A stretch of 64,000 nt of DNA from assembly GCF_964355755.1 (NCBI RefSeq), contig NC_092675.1, positions 22,788,912 through 22,852,911 on the forward strand, written 5' to 3'. Shown in pieces: positions 12,785 through 23,407 of this stretch. The stretch comes from Antedon mediterranea. Taxonomy: Eukaryota; Animalia; Echinodermata. Each line of letters starts with the position of its first letter. The stretch's first letter is position 1. The translations under genes and the position numbers were made by a program. The notes under the pieces were generated by a model. The model saw only the letters and a program-made list of their open reading frames with translations, searched no databases and had not been told where the DNA came from.

Positions 12785-12886
12785 ATGGCAACTGACGATA
12801 CAATCGCTGCTCTTGAGACAAGATTAAAATTACTGGAATCCAGAGTTTGGAACAGAAATTCTGACACGAACTATGATGATTCAAAA
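12785..12886 (+). CDS. DCTN3: DCTN3 exon 1
   Basis: ATG GCA ACT...TCA AAA|gtatgt, phase 0. Confidence 0.85.
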
Positions 12887-15657
12887 GTATGTATATTTGT
12901 GTATACTATTTATAAAAAATGTGCTATTTAATTGCCCGTGTGTCTAAACTTACGAAAAACGCCCATTTTATTATCGTCAGGCCCAATAATGTCAATGCAG
13001 AAGAGTGAGAGTAATGGTCTACCGCGCCACCGCCCGTCGTATGGTGTCGGCCAGTGAACAAACCTTTTGGCATGACCTAGGCCTAGCCACAAACCAAAGC
13101 AGTTAAGCTTCAGCACTAAGCCCACACGTCATTTATCCCATGCGCTGTCTGTAACAACCTAGCCTATTCCTAGGCTAGATATTAAATTGACAATTTTTAA
13201 CAATAAATTAAATATCATTTTTGTATTGCAGTTAGTTGACGACATTCACAACATACGAAAAAGGCTTTACAATGCAGTTCTTGGCAAGGAAAAGATACAG
13301 GCAATGTGGAAACGAAGTAAGTAACTTTGAGGGTTTTAACTTTTGAGGGACTGCCATTACTTGTGTTTATAACCAATTATTAAATAAACCATTAAAAATG
13401 TACTGTATTAAAACAAAGATATTTATTCTTTAGTCACTTTCATATAAATAAACTTAGACATAAAGTGCAGGCCTTGTCTTTGTAAAATTGTAGGTGTGCT
13501 ACATACAAATTTACAGATACAGATACAGATTCATTTATTGTCCAAAATATTAATGGAAATTACAGTGCTCATAAACCTTGGCTTGCCTAAAATAAATATA
13601 AATATAAAGAAATTCCAGTCCTCAATACACTCAGGGGTGCAGTAGGTGTGCTGTTTATATTTTGGTGGGTAGAAGTAAATCACCCTAACCCTCACCCTCA
13701 AAGGCGGTTTAGGAGTGTGTTAGGTGAGTGATCGCACTCACTCACCTCAAAAGAAAAGTCCCTTCTACCGTTTCACTCTCTTTTACAGTATTTAGAAAGA
13801 CTTTAATATATTTTAATATCATTTTTTAAACTTTTTTTTTTTCAGTGGACGAGTTGAAATTTTGCCTAGACCCTGAATCAATTGAAAAGATGACAATTTT
13901 TGAAGATGCAAAAGCTGATATCATTCTCAATGGTAAATATATGTAGACATTGTATGGGTATTATAATTTGATGCCAGAAAGTGGATGCCAGAAAGTTAAT
14001 TGGTTTTAGAAACTATTTTTACATGTATTATTTGTACTTGGCCCTCGTGAGACAAGTTTTCATATCTAGTGAGAGCCCAGTTATTAAACTGAATATATGC
14101 GAATGAATAAAAAACAATGTTCATATTTGTTTTCCACAGAGGAAGGTCACTTAAAGGAACAAGCCAAACAACTGGAACAAGTTGAACAACTCAAATCTAT
14201 TTTGGACAGCGACCATTTAAAAGGTGCATTTATTCTTTCTACATGAATAAAATAATACTAGAAAAAAGCAAGGAAAGTTTCCTTAATCATGTAATGTTTC
14301 CTGAGTTGAAACGTCTCTAATTTATTAACATACAAAATGTTCCTTCAACGCTGGAGGCCTCAGGTGTTTTTAGTCTTTTTCGACATATTATAATGCATGT
14401 TTTTTCTTCTGGGCACTGCTAAGGGGCTCCCATAAGCTTTGGGGCCCCTCGGTTTAGCCAGTGAGCGCTCATAGCCGTTATCCCAATGTTAATATATCTA
14501 CCAACAAGTTGATGTTATGTTGGGGCCTAGGCATAAAAATACTTAAAAATTTTTCTTTTAGTATCTTCAAAATCATCAGATAAACTTCAGCCGCTTATAA
14601 CAGTACAGGTAGACCAACAGGTAAAATTTATCTTTTCTATTGATTGATATTAAATTGCAATCTGTGATATTTTTATCACTGATAATCAAATTTATATCAA
14701 AATGCCATTCCATATACAGTAATTGTCTTGATGGTGATGTCAAATATCAAAATAGTTTTGAAACGTTGACAAAAGAAGTTTAATTAAAATGGATGTTCTA
14801 GTATTGTATGCTCAAATGTTTGTAACAGCAGTTGTACATGTCATAACTAATGATGACATCACAACCACCACTGATGACATCACAACCACCACTGATGACA
14901 TCACAACCACCTGCACTATAATGTGAATACAGTGCGAAAGGGACAAAGCAATTAAAAAATGATTGTGACTTGATGTTTTGTAGATATTGTTCATTATAAT
15001 TTTTCCTTTTAGGATAAAGCAGCAAAGTTAGATGAAGAAACCAGACAACTACTTGAAGCCTACAATAATATTGTATCCTTTCTAAAACAATGTAGATATT
15101 CTCCAGGTATAAACTATATTTTGATTACAAACATAACATGAATCAAGATTACATTTTGATAGCAGAATAAAGAGAAATTAAAAACGTCCACAGTTCTAAT
15201 AGCACTAGTGTCATTGGTTGTGTAAGATTGGTGTTTGTTGTGCCATGGTGTGCTCGTACAGTCGGCTTTTGAAGGTTTTTTGGTTACTAGTTGAGCAAAT
15301 AGTAAATTCCATTTCCCAAAAAATTATTGTTCACCAGATAGGCAGGTTGATCTTTATAAAAGCACTATAGAAATGACAGTGTTATGTTATAGATTGTTTA
15401 AACATTAGGCTAAAATTGATGTTTTGTATCCATTTCATATTTTTATACAAATATTATTCTCTCAAAACATTATGATATTATATAATAATATCATCACAAA
15501 AATATTTGTTATGTTACAGTTGTTACTTGTTAATAATGACATGTCTTTCTTAACAATCTACCAGATCACCATGGTATCAAAACAGTTTGTATTATGGGAT
15601 GAAATTATCACAGCACAGGAAATAAAACAAAATCTAAGGAGTAAAGAACATTTATGA
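12785..15657 (+). CDS. DCTN3: Dynactin subunit 3 (p22/p24), 7 exons, 189 aa
   Basis: Exons 12785-12886, 13232-13316, 13846-13932, 14140-14223, 14562-14620, 15013-15072 and 15565-15657 join in frame (570 nt). The protein MATDDTIAALETRLKLLESRVW...CLDPESIEKMTIFEDAKADIILNEE...LEQV..LKSILDSDHLK...EETRQLLEAYNNIITMVSKQFVLWDEII resembles human DCTN3 (YLDPEYID, LDSAHIK, LLEEYN..SKQFVQWDE). Confidence 0.92.
13232..13316 (+). CDS. DCTN3: DCTN3 exon 2
   Basis: ttgcag|TTA GTT...CGA A|gtaagt. Confidence 0.87.
13846..13932 (+). CDS. DCTN3: DCTN3 exon 3
   Basis: tttcag|TG GAC...AAT G|gtaaat. Confidence 0.9.
14140..14223 (+). CDS. DCTN3: DCTN3 exon 4
   Basis: ccacag|AG GAA...AAA G|gtgcat. Confidence 0.9.
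14562..14620 (+). CDS. DCTN3: DCTN3 exon 5
   Basis: ttttag|TA TCT...CAA CAG|gtaaaa. Confidence 0.85.
14851..14911. repeat. 21-bp minisatellite x3 in DCTN3 intron 5
   Basis: (tgatgacatcacaaccaccac)x~3. Confidence 0.85.
15013..15072 (+). CDS. DCTN3: DCTN3 exon 6
   Basis: ttttag|GAT AAA...AAT ATT|gtatcctttc. Confidence 0.88.
15073..15564 (+). other. U12-type (minor spliceosome) GT-AG intron
   Basis: 5' splice site GTATCCTTT; branch point TTTCTTAAC at 15546-15554, 10 nt before the intron end; no polypyrimidine tract. Confidence 0.88.
15565..15657 (+). CDS. DCTN3: DCTN3 exon 7 (terminal)
   Basis: ccag|ATC ACC ATG GTA TCA AAA CAG TTT GTA TTA TGG GAT...TGA. Confidence 0.9.
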   Translation: MTMVSKQFVLWDEIITAQEIKQNLRSKEHL

Positions 15658-17012
15658 AGAGCGCCACCTATTCTATATAAAGAGCACCCCTATTCTCACG
15701 AATGAAATAATTATTATGGTGTTAAATAATGTTTAAAAATATTATATGAAACAGGAGCAGACCAATTTGGGGAGACATTATTCCCAATTTTTAATTCAGA
15801 TTTGCACTTATTTATATTATCATTAGTGCTTGGCAATTTCAATATCTCTTTCTAATAAACAATCAACAGGTGGTATTATTTCACATGTTGAGGGTAAAAA
15901 GAACCAAATCCTTGGGAGTAATTTCAGATTTTTTTTTTGCCACAACTAGCTGGGGAGAGGGAGTTTATTTATTTGTACAAAGTAATTTAAAATCTACAAC
16001 AAATTTTCAATAAACTTACACATCATATTACGAACATTGCTACCTAATCAATTTTTCGAAACTTTCTATTATTTAAAAGTCGAAGATAGTCAAGTCTCGG
16101 GTCCATTCTATTGTTGCCACAGATTGATATCTATGAATGGATGATTAGTTGTGAACACGGACGCTAGTTGATCATACCCAGTACGTTTTGATCGTGATTT
16201 GATCATTCGGGAAACCACCTCACAAGTTTGTTTTTTACATACCCCATACGTGGTGTACCACAAACTTATATCAACATTATATCAAAAAGATTACCATAAT
16301 TCGTCAAATTAAAATCTTTCCAACTATTGAATCTATCGGTACTGTATACAGTATATTTAATTATTACAACTATTTATTTGTTATTGTTGTTGGTAGGATT
16401 GGTGCTGTCGTAGTATTTGAAAATGTTAATTGTGGTCAACTATTAGTTTTGAAGTAGTAACGTAAATATTTTGTTTTAAATGTTTCAAATATATTGCATA
16501 TTTATTCAACATTAAAATTGTTTACATAATTTAAACTATATAATAGGAAAATATTTAACACAAACTGCAACAGATTGTATGTACAAAAATAGACGCATAC
16601 AGTCCCGAGAAATGTAAGATAAGCCCACATTTATCCCGTCACCGGACGGAGTTCGGTCTCGTCTGTACGTATTATCTATTTGTTGGTGCTTTTAGTAGAA
16701 ATTAGGCCTACGAACAATTTATTTCGTATTCCTAAAAATTTCATTGGGATTTTTACGTATCTTCTGAATTAGATATGCTATCGTCTAGGCATATTTAGTT
16801 CATGTTCAAAGGTGATTATGTATTAGAAATAAAGGGAGTTGATATTTTCTCCTATGAGTTCATCTGGGATTGGTTTGTTATTATTATTATGTGATTATTC
16901 ACATGGGTGGGTTAGGCGTGCAACACAACAACAGATTCGTATTGATTTTATTGATTAATTTACCCAGGGATGAGTAATAGACTGCTATCAATATGTCATG
17001 ATTTGTTTGTAG

Positions 17013-17055
17013 CATGGAGTAAAAAATAAGAAGAATAATTATTCTTTACTCCATG
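17013..17055. mobile_element. 43-bp P-element-like micro-MITE
   Basis: TIR CATGGAGTAAA...TTTACTCCATG flanked by a perfect 7-bp direct repeat TTTGTAG. Confidence 0.7.
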
Positions 17056-17640
17056 TTTGTAGTCAGTAGACTAGGCAGTTTATGATGTTTAAATAAATAT
17101 ATCTACTGTGTGTTAAGTGCCAAGATGTTTTGCTGCTGATTCTGCTCTTTATACTGTATTTTTATCAACTTTTATAAGGCAAACAACATGCATACAATAC
17201 ATTTGGTCAAAGATAATCTACAATGGAAGACTTACTCGAACCATGGCTGAAATAGCACATTAATTAATTCACGTGACACAAGCGTTAAAATTGGTCCATA
17301 TTAACATTTTAAAATATCTAATTTACGAGCATAATTTTGCATATCTTATATATTATATAACTATATATAAAACATGGATGTTTTACTTTATCTCCATTGA
17401 GATCCAGCCACTGATACCCACAGCATTGTCATTTTTCAGTAATTTGCCTTTGGATTTATATTAAAACATATAAATATATAATTCTGTTTGCACTATGGCA
17501 TGTTACAGATGCGTTCAGATTTTATAATGAATTATGGTGAATCTATTTTGAGATTAAAATGTTTTCATTTTTCCCTTATTCGTTGAGATCTCTCAACTGT
17601 CGATGTACATTGCGTTGTACTACTAATCATTAACACGTGC

Positions 17641-17680
17641 TGACGTCATGGGAATAGAGTATCCGTTTATCAGCCAATAG
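17641..17680 (+). promoter_or_regulatory. CRE (TGACGTCA) plus CCAAT box; possible upstream promoter of LARP6
   Basis: Motifs seen directly; a possible donor CAG|GTGAAT follows near 17782. The target gene is inferred. Confidence 0.25.
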
Positions 17681-20600
17681 AAACATAGTTATTATAATAT
17701 TGTGACGACAGAAGTGATCTTTACGTGTTATTAACGGATGAAATATATCGTCGTTTCAAAATAATTTCCCCGAGTTTAGCAGGTGAATTTAACGCGTGTG
17801 TTTAAATATAACTCTGTTTCTAAACATTGTCATATTTTTTAAGACTTAGAAACTCTGAAATTATAATCTGACCTTTCATGTATATATTTTTAGCACTGGT
17901 GGCCAGGCATATAATTGAGATATAATTGTAATTACAGTGTTTACTGGACACGAGTCGTCGTTGATGTGATTGGTTATTTCGTAATTTAATGCCCCCGGGA
18001 AATGCATTTTCTCAGAAAGTGTGTCATTTTTTCTGTAACAAATTGTCTATAAAAATAATTATGTCTATTAAAGATTATCGTATAACCCCAGCACTGAACT
18101 TAATTTAACTTTATTTATGCTTTTTGATGACCAAAAGACCTGTATAGTACTAGTATAGGCCTACTTTATATATTTTATATACACGTTTTATGCCATTTTA
18201 ACCCTCATTTTTAGTATAGTTTACTATAGGCCTACTTTTTCTTGTATTGCTGAAATGAATGATAGAATGAATATTTAATTATGATATTTGTCACGTGACA
18301 GTGGAATGATTAGGAAGGTCCATATCACAACGCTTGATTCCTCAATAAAAAAACTCATAAATAAATAAAAAAAATAAAGCTCATCTGTTCTCCAAAAAAA
18401 AGAAGAAGAAATCCACAACATTTCGTTTTGTAGAGTAGGCCTATGTGAGGCATTGTTTAGCCTTATTTCGAATCGCTATTTATATTATTTTCGCGCCGGG
18501 CCTTTTTAGGCAGTTTTATTCAAGAGAGGACGGAGGAAATCTAGAAATCTATAGTATCACGCGGAAACTTAAGGTTACTACGGCTGAAAAATGGGTATTT
18601 TGAAACTCGGACTGAGCATGCGCAAACCACAAAGCACGTCTGGGAAAAGATGGATGAGATGCAGACAGTAGTAAGACCAGTTCAATAAACTATTTCATTT
18701 TAAAATCATAATCTAATAATTTTAATCCCAGACAAAATACCTTTTTGCCCTCGATAAGTTAATTAGTTAAGCACGTGGCCATATTAAAAATAGCTATGAC
18801 AAATGAATTAAGTTGGCCATTAACTGGAACTCAGCGGACGAGAATAGTACAACAGAAATATATGACCATGGATTGCGGATGTTATTTAATACCACATGAA
18901 AATGTTTAATGTGTGTTGATATCTATAATTAAAGTGCGGTGGAGGTTAGCAAAAATACCGCACAGATTGTGAACATTTGAATCCGGTTGATATTATTTCA
19001 TTATTGTCGAATGCGGATAATGATGACATGAAAAATGTCAAACTATTTTATTTGTTAGATTATTGAATCACGAGTTGTTTTCCAGTGTTCTTTGTATCTC
19101 TGTATACTGAGCAAGCCGACCTCTACCTTTATTTATTCAATGGAGAATAATTATACAGAAAAGTTACCGGCTGAGGATGAAACTACAATAGTTCTGCCTA
19201 CAAAATTAATAATAATATAGGGCCTATATCAATGTTAACGACATTTTGAATCAACAATAATGTGTTAAATAATATGATTTTATGTAATGACATGAGATAA
19301 TTATGAATGTGATCAAAAGTGGTGTTTTTGCCACAAAAGAGAAAACAAAAATATATGTCAAGTTGTTTTATGTTCAATTGGACAGTGTGCAATATTTTGT
19401 TTACTCTCAATCCCTTAGATTCCCTGATTTAGTTAAGTGATAATTGGTAATCGATCAGTGATTATGGTTCGGTTGTTATTTTCTATTAAAGTCTTAATAT
19501 AGCCACTACTGACGCAAACTGGCAAGCTCTCATTAGCAAACACAAGACATAACGCGCCGAGTCTTCGAACATTGAAAACGTGTATTACGTAGAAGTGACG
19601 TAAACCAGTTCATTGTGAAATATCAAAAATAAATGTTCACGTTAATTTTCATCAAAGAATATGATTTTCATGAATTTCAAAATTACAAGACATAATGTTA
19701 CGTCACGTGCCGAAGCTGTCGGGTTACTGGTCAGCTGAAGGCATACAACATAAAATATTCACTTCAATAATAATTCGACCCCAATAATTCGACCCCAAGT
19801 GTGATTCCCCTCCATATACAAAATAAGTGTTCATTAGGCCTATGTGGTGGAACATTCCTCATTTGGGTTATTGAAATCCATTTCTAATTACAGTACAAAT
19901 GTCGTCATCTTTGGATGGCAGGCCGTTCTATAAATAGCAAGTACATAATATATTTTATATTATAGTGGCTAATTAAAGCCGCATCTTAAGTGCACATCGC
20001 GTTGTAACTATAGCAACCGGTTTATGTAAACACATTTTTTCTGTTCGTTCACAAATGACAGAGAATGAGATAGGCCTAACGAAATAAAAGAAATATTAGC
20101 ATTTAATACAATCATTTTTTTTATGTAGGATAACATGTTCAGATATGTTGTGCTGCGAATACAGTCCCACAACACGGAATACTATACATAACCGGTACAT
20201 TTTGATAGGATATTGCCTTTTGCTCATGTTTGTAGCCTACCCATAATAATACACACAAATGAAATCTGGGTCTACTGATCATTCAATATATGAATGATCA
20301 AGGCCAAAGTAATATGTACGATCATCAACTTATGACAATTTGTATTTTTATTTACTTTATCTAACTAAAATGGGTGAGTGAACTGCGCGGACGTAGTAAA
20401 CAGCCACTCGTCTGCGAGTCATCATACGACCGCCCTTAAACTTGGTGGCTATCTTACCGGTCAAATCAGACCAAACATAGGCCTACATTTTGTAGGTCAC
20501 GCCATCTAACAGTTTAAACAGTCGAAATAATTTCCATTTGGAATTGACGACGTCGTATCGGCATGTAGGCTAGGCACTATAAGTTAAAATCTATTAATCT

Positions 20601-21862
20601 ATAACTCATTTATTAATTTATAATTATTTGGACTATAAAGTAATTTATTTTAATTTTAATTTAATCAACTTTGTTTAATGAGGGTGACTCAAAACATGCA
20701 TGAGGCCCTCAACACTTAAAAAATCGGAACGATAACAAATACAAAAAGACGAGAAAAAGGAAAATAAAAGTAATGTTTTGTATTAAGAAATTATAATATT
20801 AAAAAAGAATTTTATCTTGAATAGTCGGTACACTAAAATATATAAATTAAAAACTTTAATGCTATGCGTTTGACCTCCTTTTATATTAGGAGGCATTCAT
20901 TATTAAAAGGGAAATTCCCGAGTTCGTATGCTTCATTTTCTCATCATAAATTATTCCTGCACTCCCTGAAATTTTAAACCTAAAATCCCATGTAGATAGA
21001 TATCCCTTTAAGCGGCCAGTTAATTGTTTGGCCTAGTTCAAACTTGTTCTACTAGTAGAGGCTTTATTAAATTATTTACTACAATTTTCCTCGTTTTTTT
21101 GTTATTTATCATGGAGCTCCATGTATTTATATTGGCCTACCATACGAGCAAAAAATAATATTCTAAACAAATTAATAAGTACATTGCGACTTGTGATGAT
21201 GTATGAGTCATGTGGCAGTATGGGAGTTTAGTGACCAGCCACCCACTTATCTCCACGCATGCGGAAATTATTATCATTATTTTGTACAGCTATCATTAAT
21301 ATTATTGTTTTGAACTATTACCGACCTCATTGACATAGTTGCGTAAACACGGAAGTAGCTGCTAGGTTGCGTCACCTGAAGATGGTATGAAACCCGTGAT
21401 ATGATTGGTTAGCATTTACACGTCATTTAGGGGACGTCCCCATTAGTAAGGTATAACAATTCATATGTTTTATAGCTATTTCGGGATTTTTAAAAGAATT
21501 TCTTAATATTGAATGTTAATATTAAAAAGTAAAATACGTTGTAATGCAATTTTACAAATGGTTGTATTTATTCACTTTTATTTTGGGGTATTTTTAACGT
21601 TCACACGGGCGTTCACACAAACATTCATTGAAATCCCACTTAATACTTTGACCAATCAAATATAGGCTTTCTCCATTCATGGTAATTGTTTAGACATCAC
21701 TGCTCCGATAAAAATCGCATGCAGTACGTTGGAAGGGAAAGCAGGGTCATCATTACTACAACGGAGTTCTGAACGAGAGGAAGGCACATTCAAAGCAGAA
21801 AATAATTCACTGTAGGGCATACGACCGTTGTTTTTAATAGTGAATATTATTCTGTACCGAAG

Positions 21863-23407
21863 ATGAGTGAAATTAATGCTTTGAATATTGCCGTACACGG
21901 TTCAGAAGCCGACGAAAAGCTAGCCATGGTGTTGAGCAAAACACCACCACCGCTTGTCCACATCTCCCGGGTGAAAGAGGAGGGACGGGCGGCGACAGAT
22001 GGGAGTGAAATAGACAGCTTTGATAGCCAGGCTTCCCTATCTGAAAGCGATGATGAACAATTTGTAGATGCTGAAGAAGACCTAAATGTTGCGAATAAAG
22101 AGAATGGACTGAAAAAGAATGAAAAACGTGTTAAGAGCGATATTGAAAACAACAACAATAAACCCTGGCAGCCTCCAGACGAGGAACTACAGGAGAAAAT
22201 TGTAAAACAAGTTGAGTTTTATTTCTCTGACACAAACATAACAAAGGATGCATTTCTTCTGAAGCATGTGAAACGAAATCGTGAAGGTTACGTAAGTTTA
22301 AAGCTCATTACTTCTTTTAAAAAAGTAAAGAAATTAACAAAAGACTGGAGAAGTGTTCGCCATAGCCTACAGCAGAGGTCTGTAAGTTTAGTTGTGAATC
22401 CAGATGGAAAGAAAGTGAAGCGAAAAGACCCACTACCTGAATATGATGAAACAACACCATCAAGGACCGTTATTGTTGTTAATTTACCATCGCAAAATCC
22501 TACCATTGAGAATGTCAATGAATTGTTTAAGGAATGTGGTGAAATCAGCCTTGTACGGATCATTCGTCCAGGAAAGTCCGTCCCCCCAGACATTCGCAAA
22601 CACATGGGGAAACACTATGATATTGGAAATACTCTGTGTGCACTTGTTGAATTTGAAAAATCTGAGTCTGCGCTGAATGCTGTGAAACTGATGAGCAATG
22701 ACGATAATTGGCGTACAGGTATGCATGTCACATTGCTTGCCCCAAAGAAAAATAAAAAGGAACCGGGAAAAACAAAAGAGGATGGACAGACCCTCTCACC
22801 ACAGCAGAGGAGTTTAACGCCAGTTGGCAGTGGTGCAGAATCTGATGGAAGCATGAAAGGGGATGAAAAACGTCGTCGTCGTAGAAATAAAAGAAAAAAT
22901 CGTGTTGAAGAACTAGTGAATGAGGGCGGGGATAACAGTTCGTCCGAGCCTGAACTTTCACCGTCAACAGATAGACGACAGCAAAGCAAACCAGTAGCCA
23001 TCCCACAAGCAAGAAGTCCTAATCTTCTAAGCCCAGCCACTACACCAAAATCTAGTCCAGTAAACAGTCCACACAGTAGCCCCCGTGTGCAGAAAAAGAG
23101 TATTGGCCGCTCGCCATTAGCTGAAAGCAACCGAGCAAGTCCAAAGAACAGCCCTAAAGGAAGTCCTGAATCAAAATATAAATACAACGATGGATCACCA
23201 CCTGAAGGAAGCAGTCCGTGGGTGCGAAGACGACGTCTTCTTGCGGCAGAATCCTCACCCGCTGCTGGAAATAGTCCTGTTGGCAGTCCGAAGATGATGC
23301 GACATTCTGCGGCTTTGTCTGGTATTATACGCAATCCAAGAGGACCTGATGGAACGCATGGCTTTGCTTGTAGTAAAGGCAGGGGTAAATTTATCTCTGT
23401 GTGTTGA
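21863..23407 (+). CDS. LARP6: La-related protein 6 (Acheron), 514 aa, intronless CDS
   Basis: La motif (PPDEELQEKIVKQVEFYFSDTNITKDAFLLKHVKRNREGYVSLKLITSFKKVK), RRM (SRTVIVVNLP...CALVEFE), basic NLS-like stretch, SP-rich region and C-terminal LSA/SUZ-C motif (SPWVRRR...IIRNPRGPDGTHGF). Confidence 0.95.
   Translation: MSEINALNIAVHGSEADEKLAMVLSKTPPPLVHISRVKEEGRAATDGSEIDSFDSQASLSESDDEQFVDAEEDLNVANKENGLKKNEKRVKSDIENNNNKPWQPPDEELQEKIVKQVEFYFSDTNITKDAFLLKHVKRNREGYVSLKLITSFKKVKKLTKDWRSVRHSLQQRSVSLVVNPDGKKVKRKDPLPEYDETTPSRTVIVVNLPSQNPTIENVNELFKECGEISLVRIIRPGKSVPPDIRKHMGKHYDIGNTLCALVEFEKSESALNAVKLMSNDDNWRTGMHVTLLAPKKNKKEPGKTKEDGQTLSPQQRSLTPVGSGAESDGSMKGDEKRRRRRNKRKNRVEELVNEGGDNSSSEPELSPSTDRRQQSKPVAIPQARSPNLLSPATTPKSSPVNSPHSSPRVQKKSIGRSPLAESNRASPKNSPKGSPESKYKYNDGSPPEGSSPWVRRRRLLAAESSPAAGNSPVGSPKMMRHSAALSGIIRNPRGPDGTHGFACSKGRGKFISVC

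Noticed and set aside
14849-14911. Box C/D snoRNA (ATGATGA...CTGA) in a DCTN3 intron
   Set aside because: The motifs arise from a 21-bp minisatellite; there is no terminal stem or recognisable rRNA guide.
21847-23334. Antisense and alternative-frame ORFs over LARP6 (up to 239 aa)
   Set aside because: Shadow ORFs of the LARP6 coding strand with no recognisable domain.
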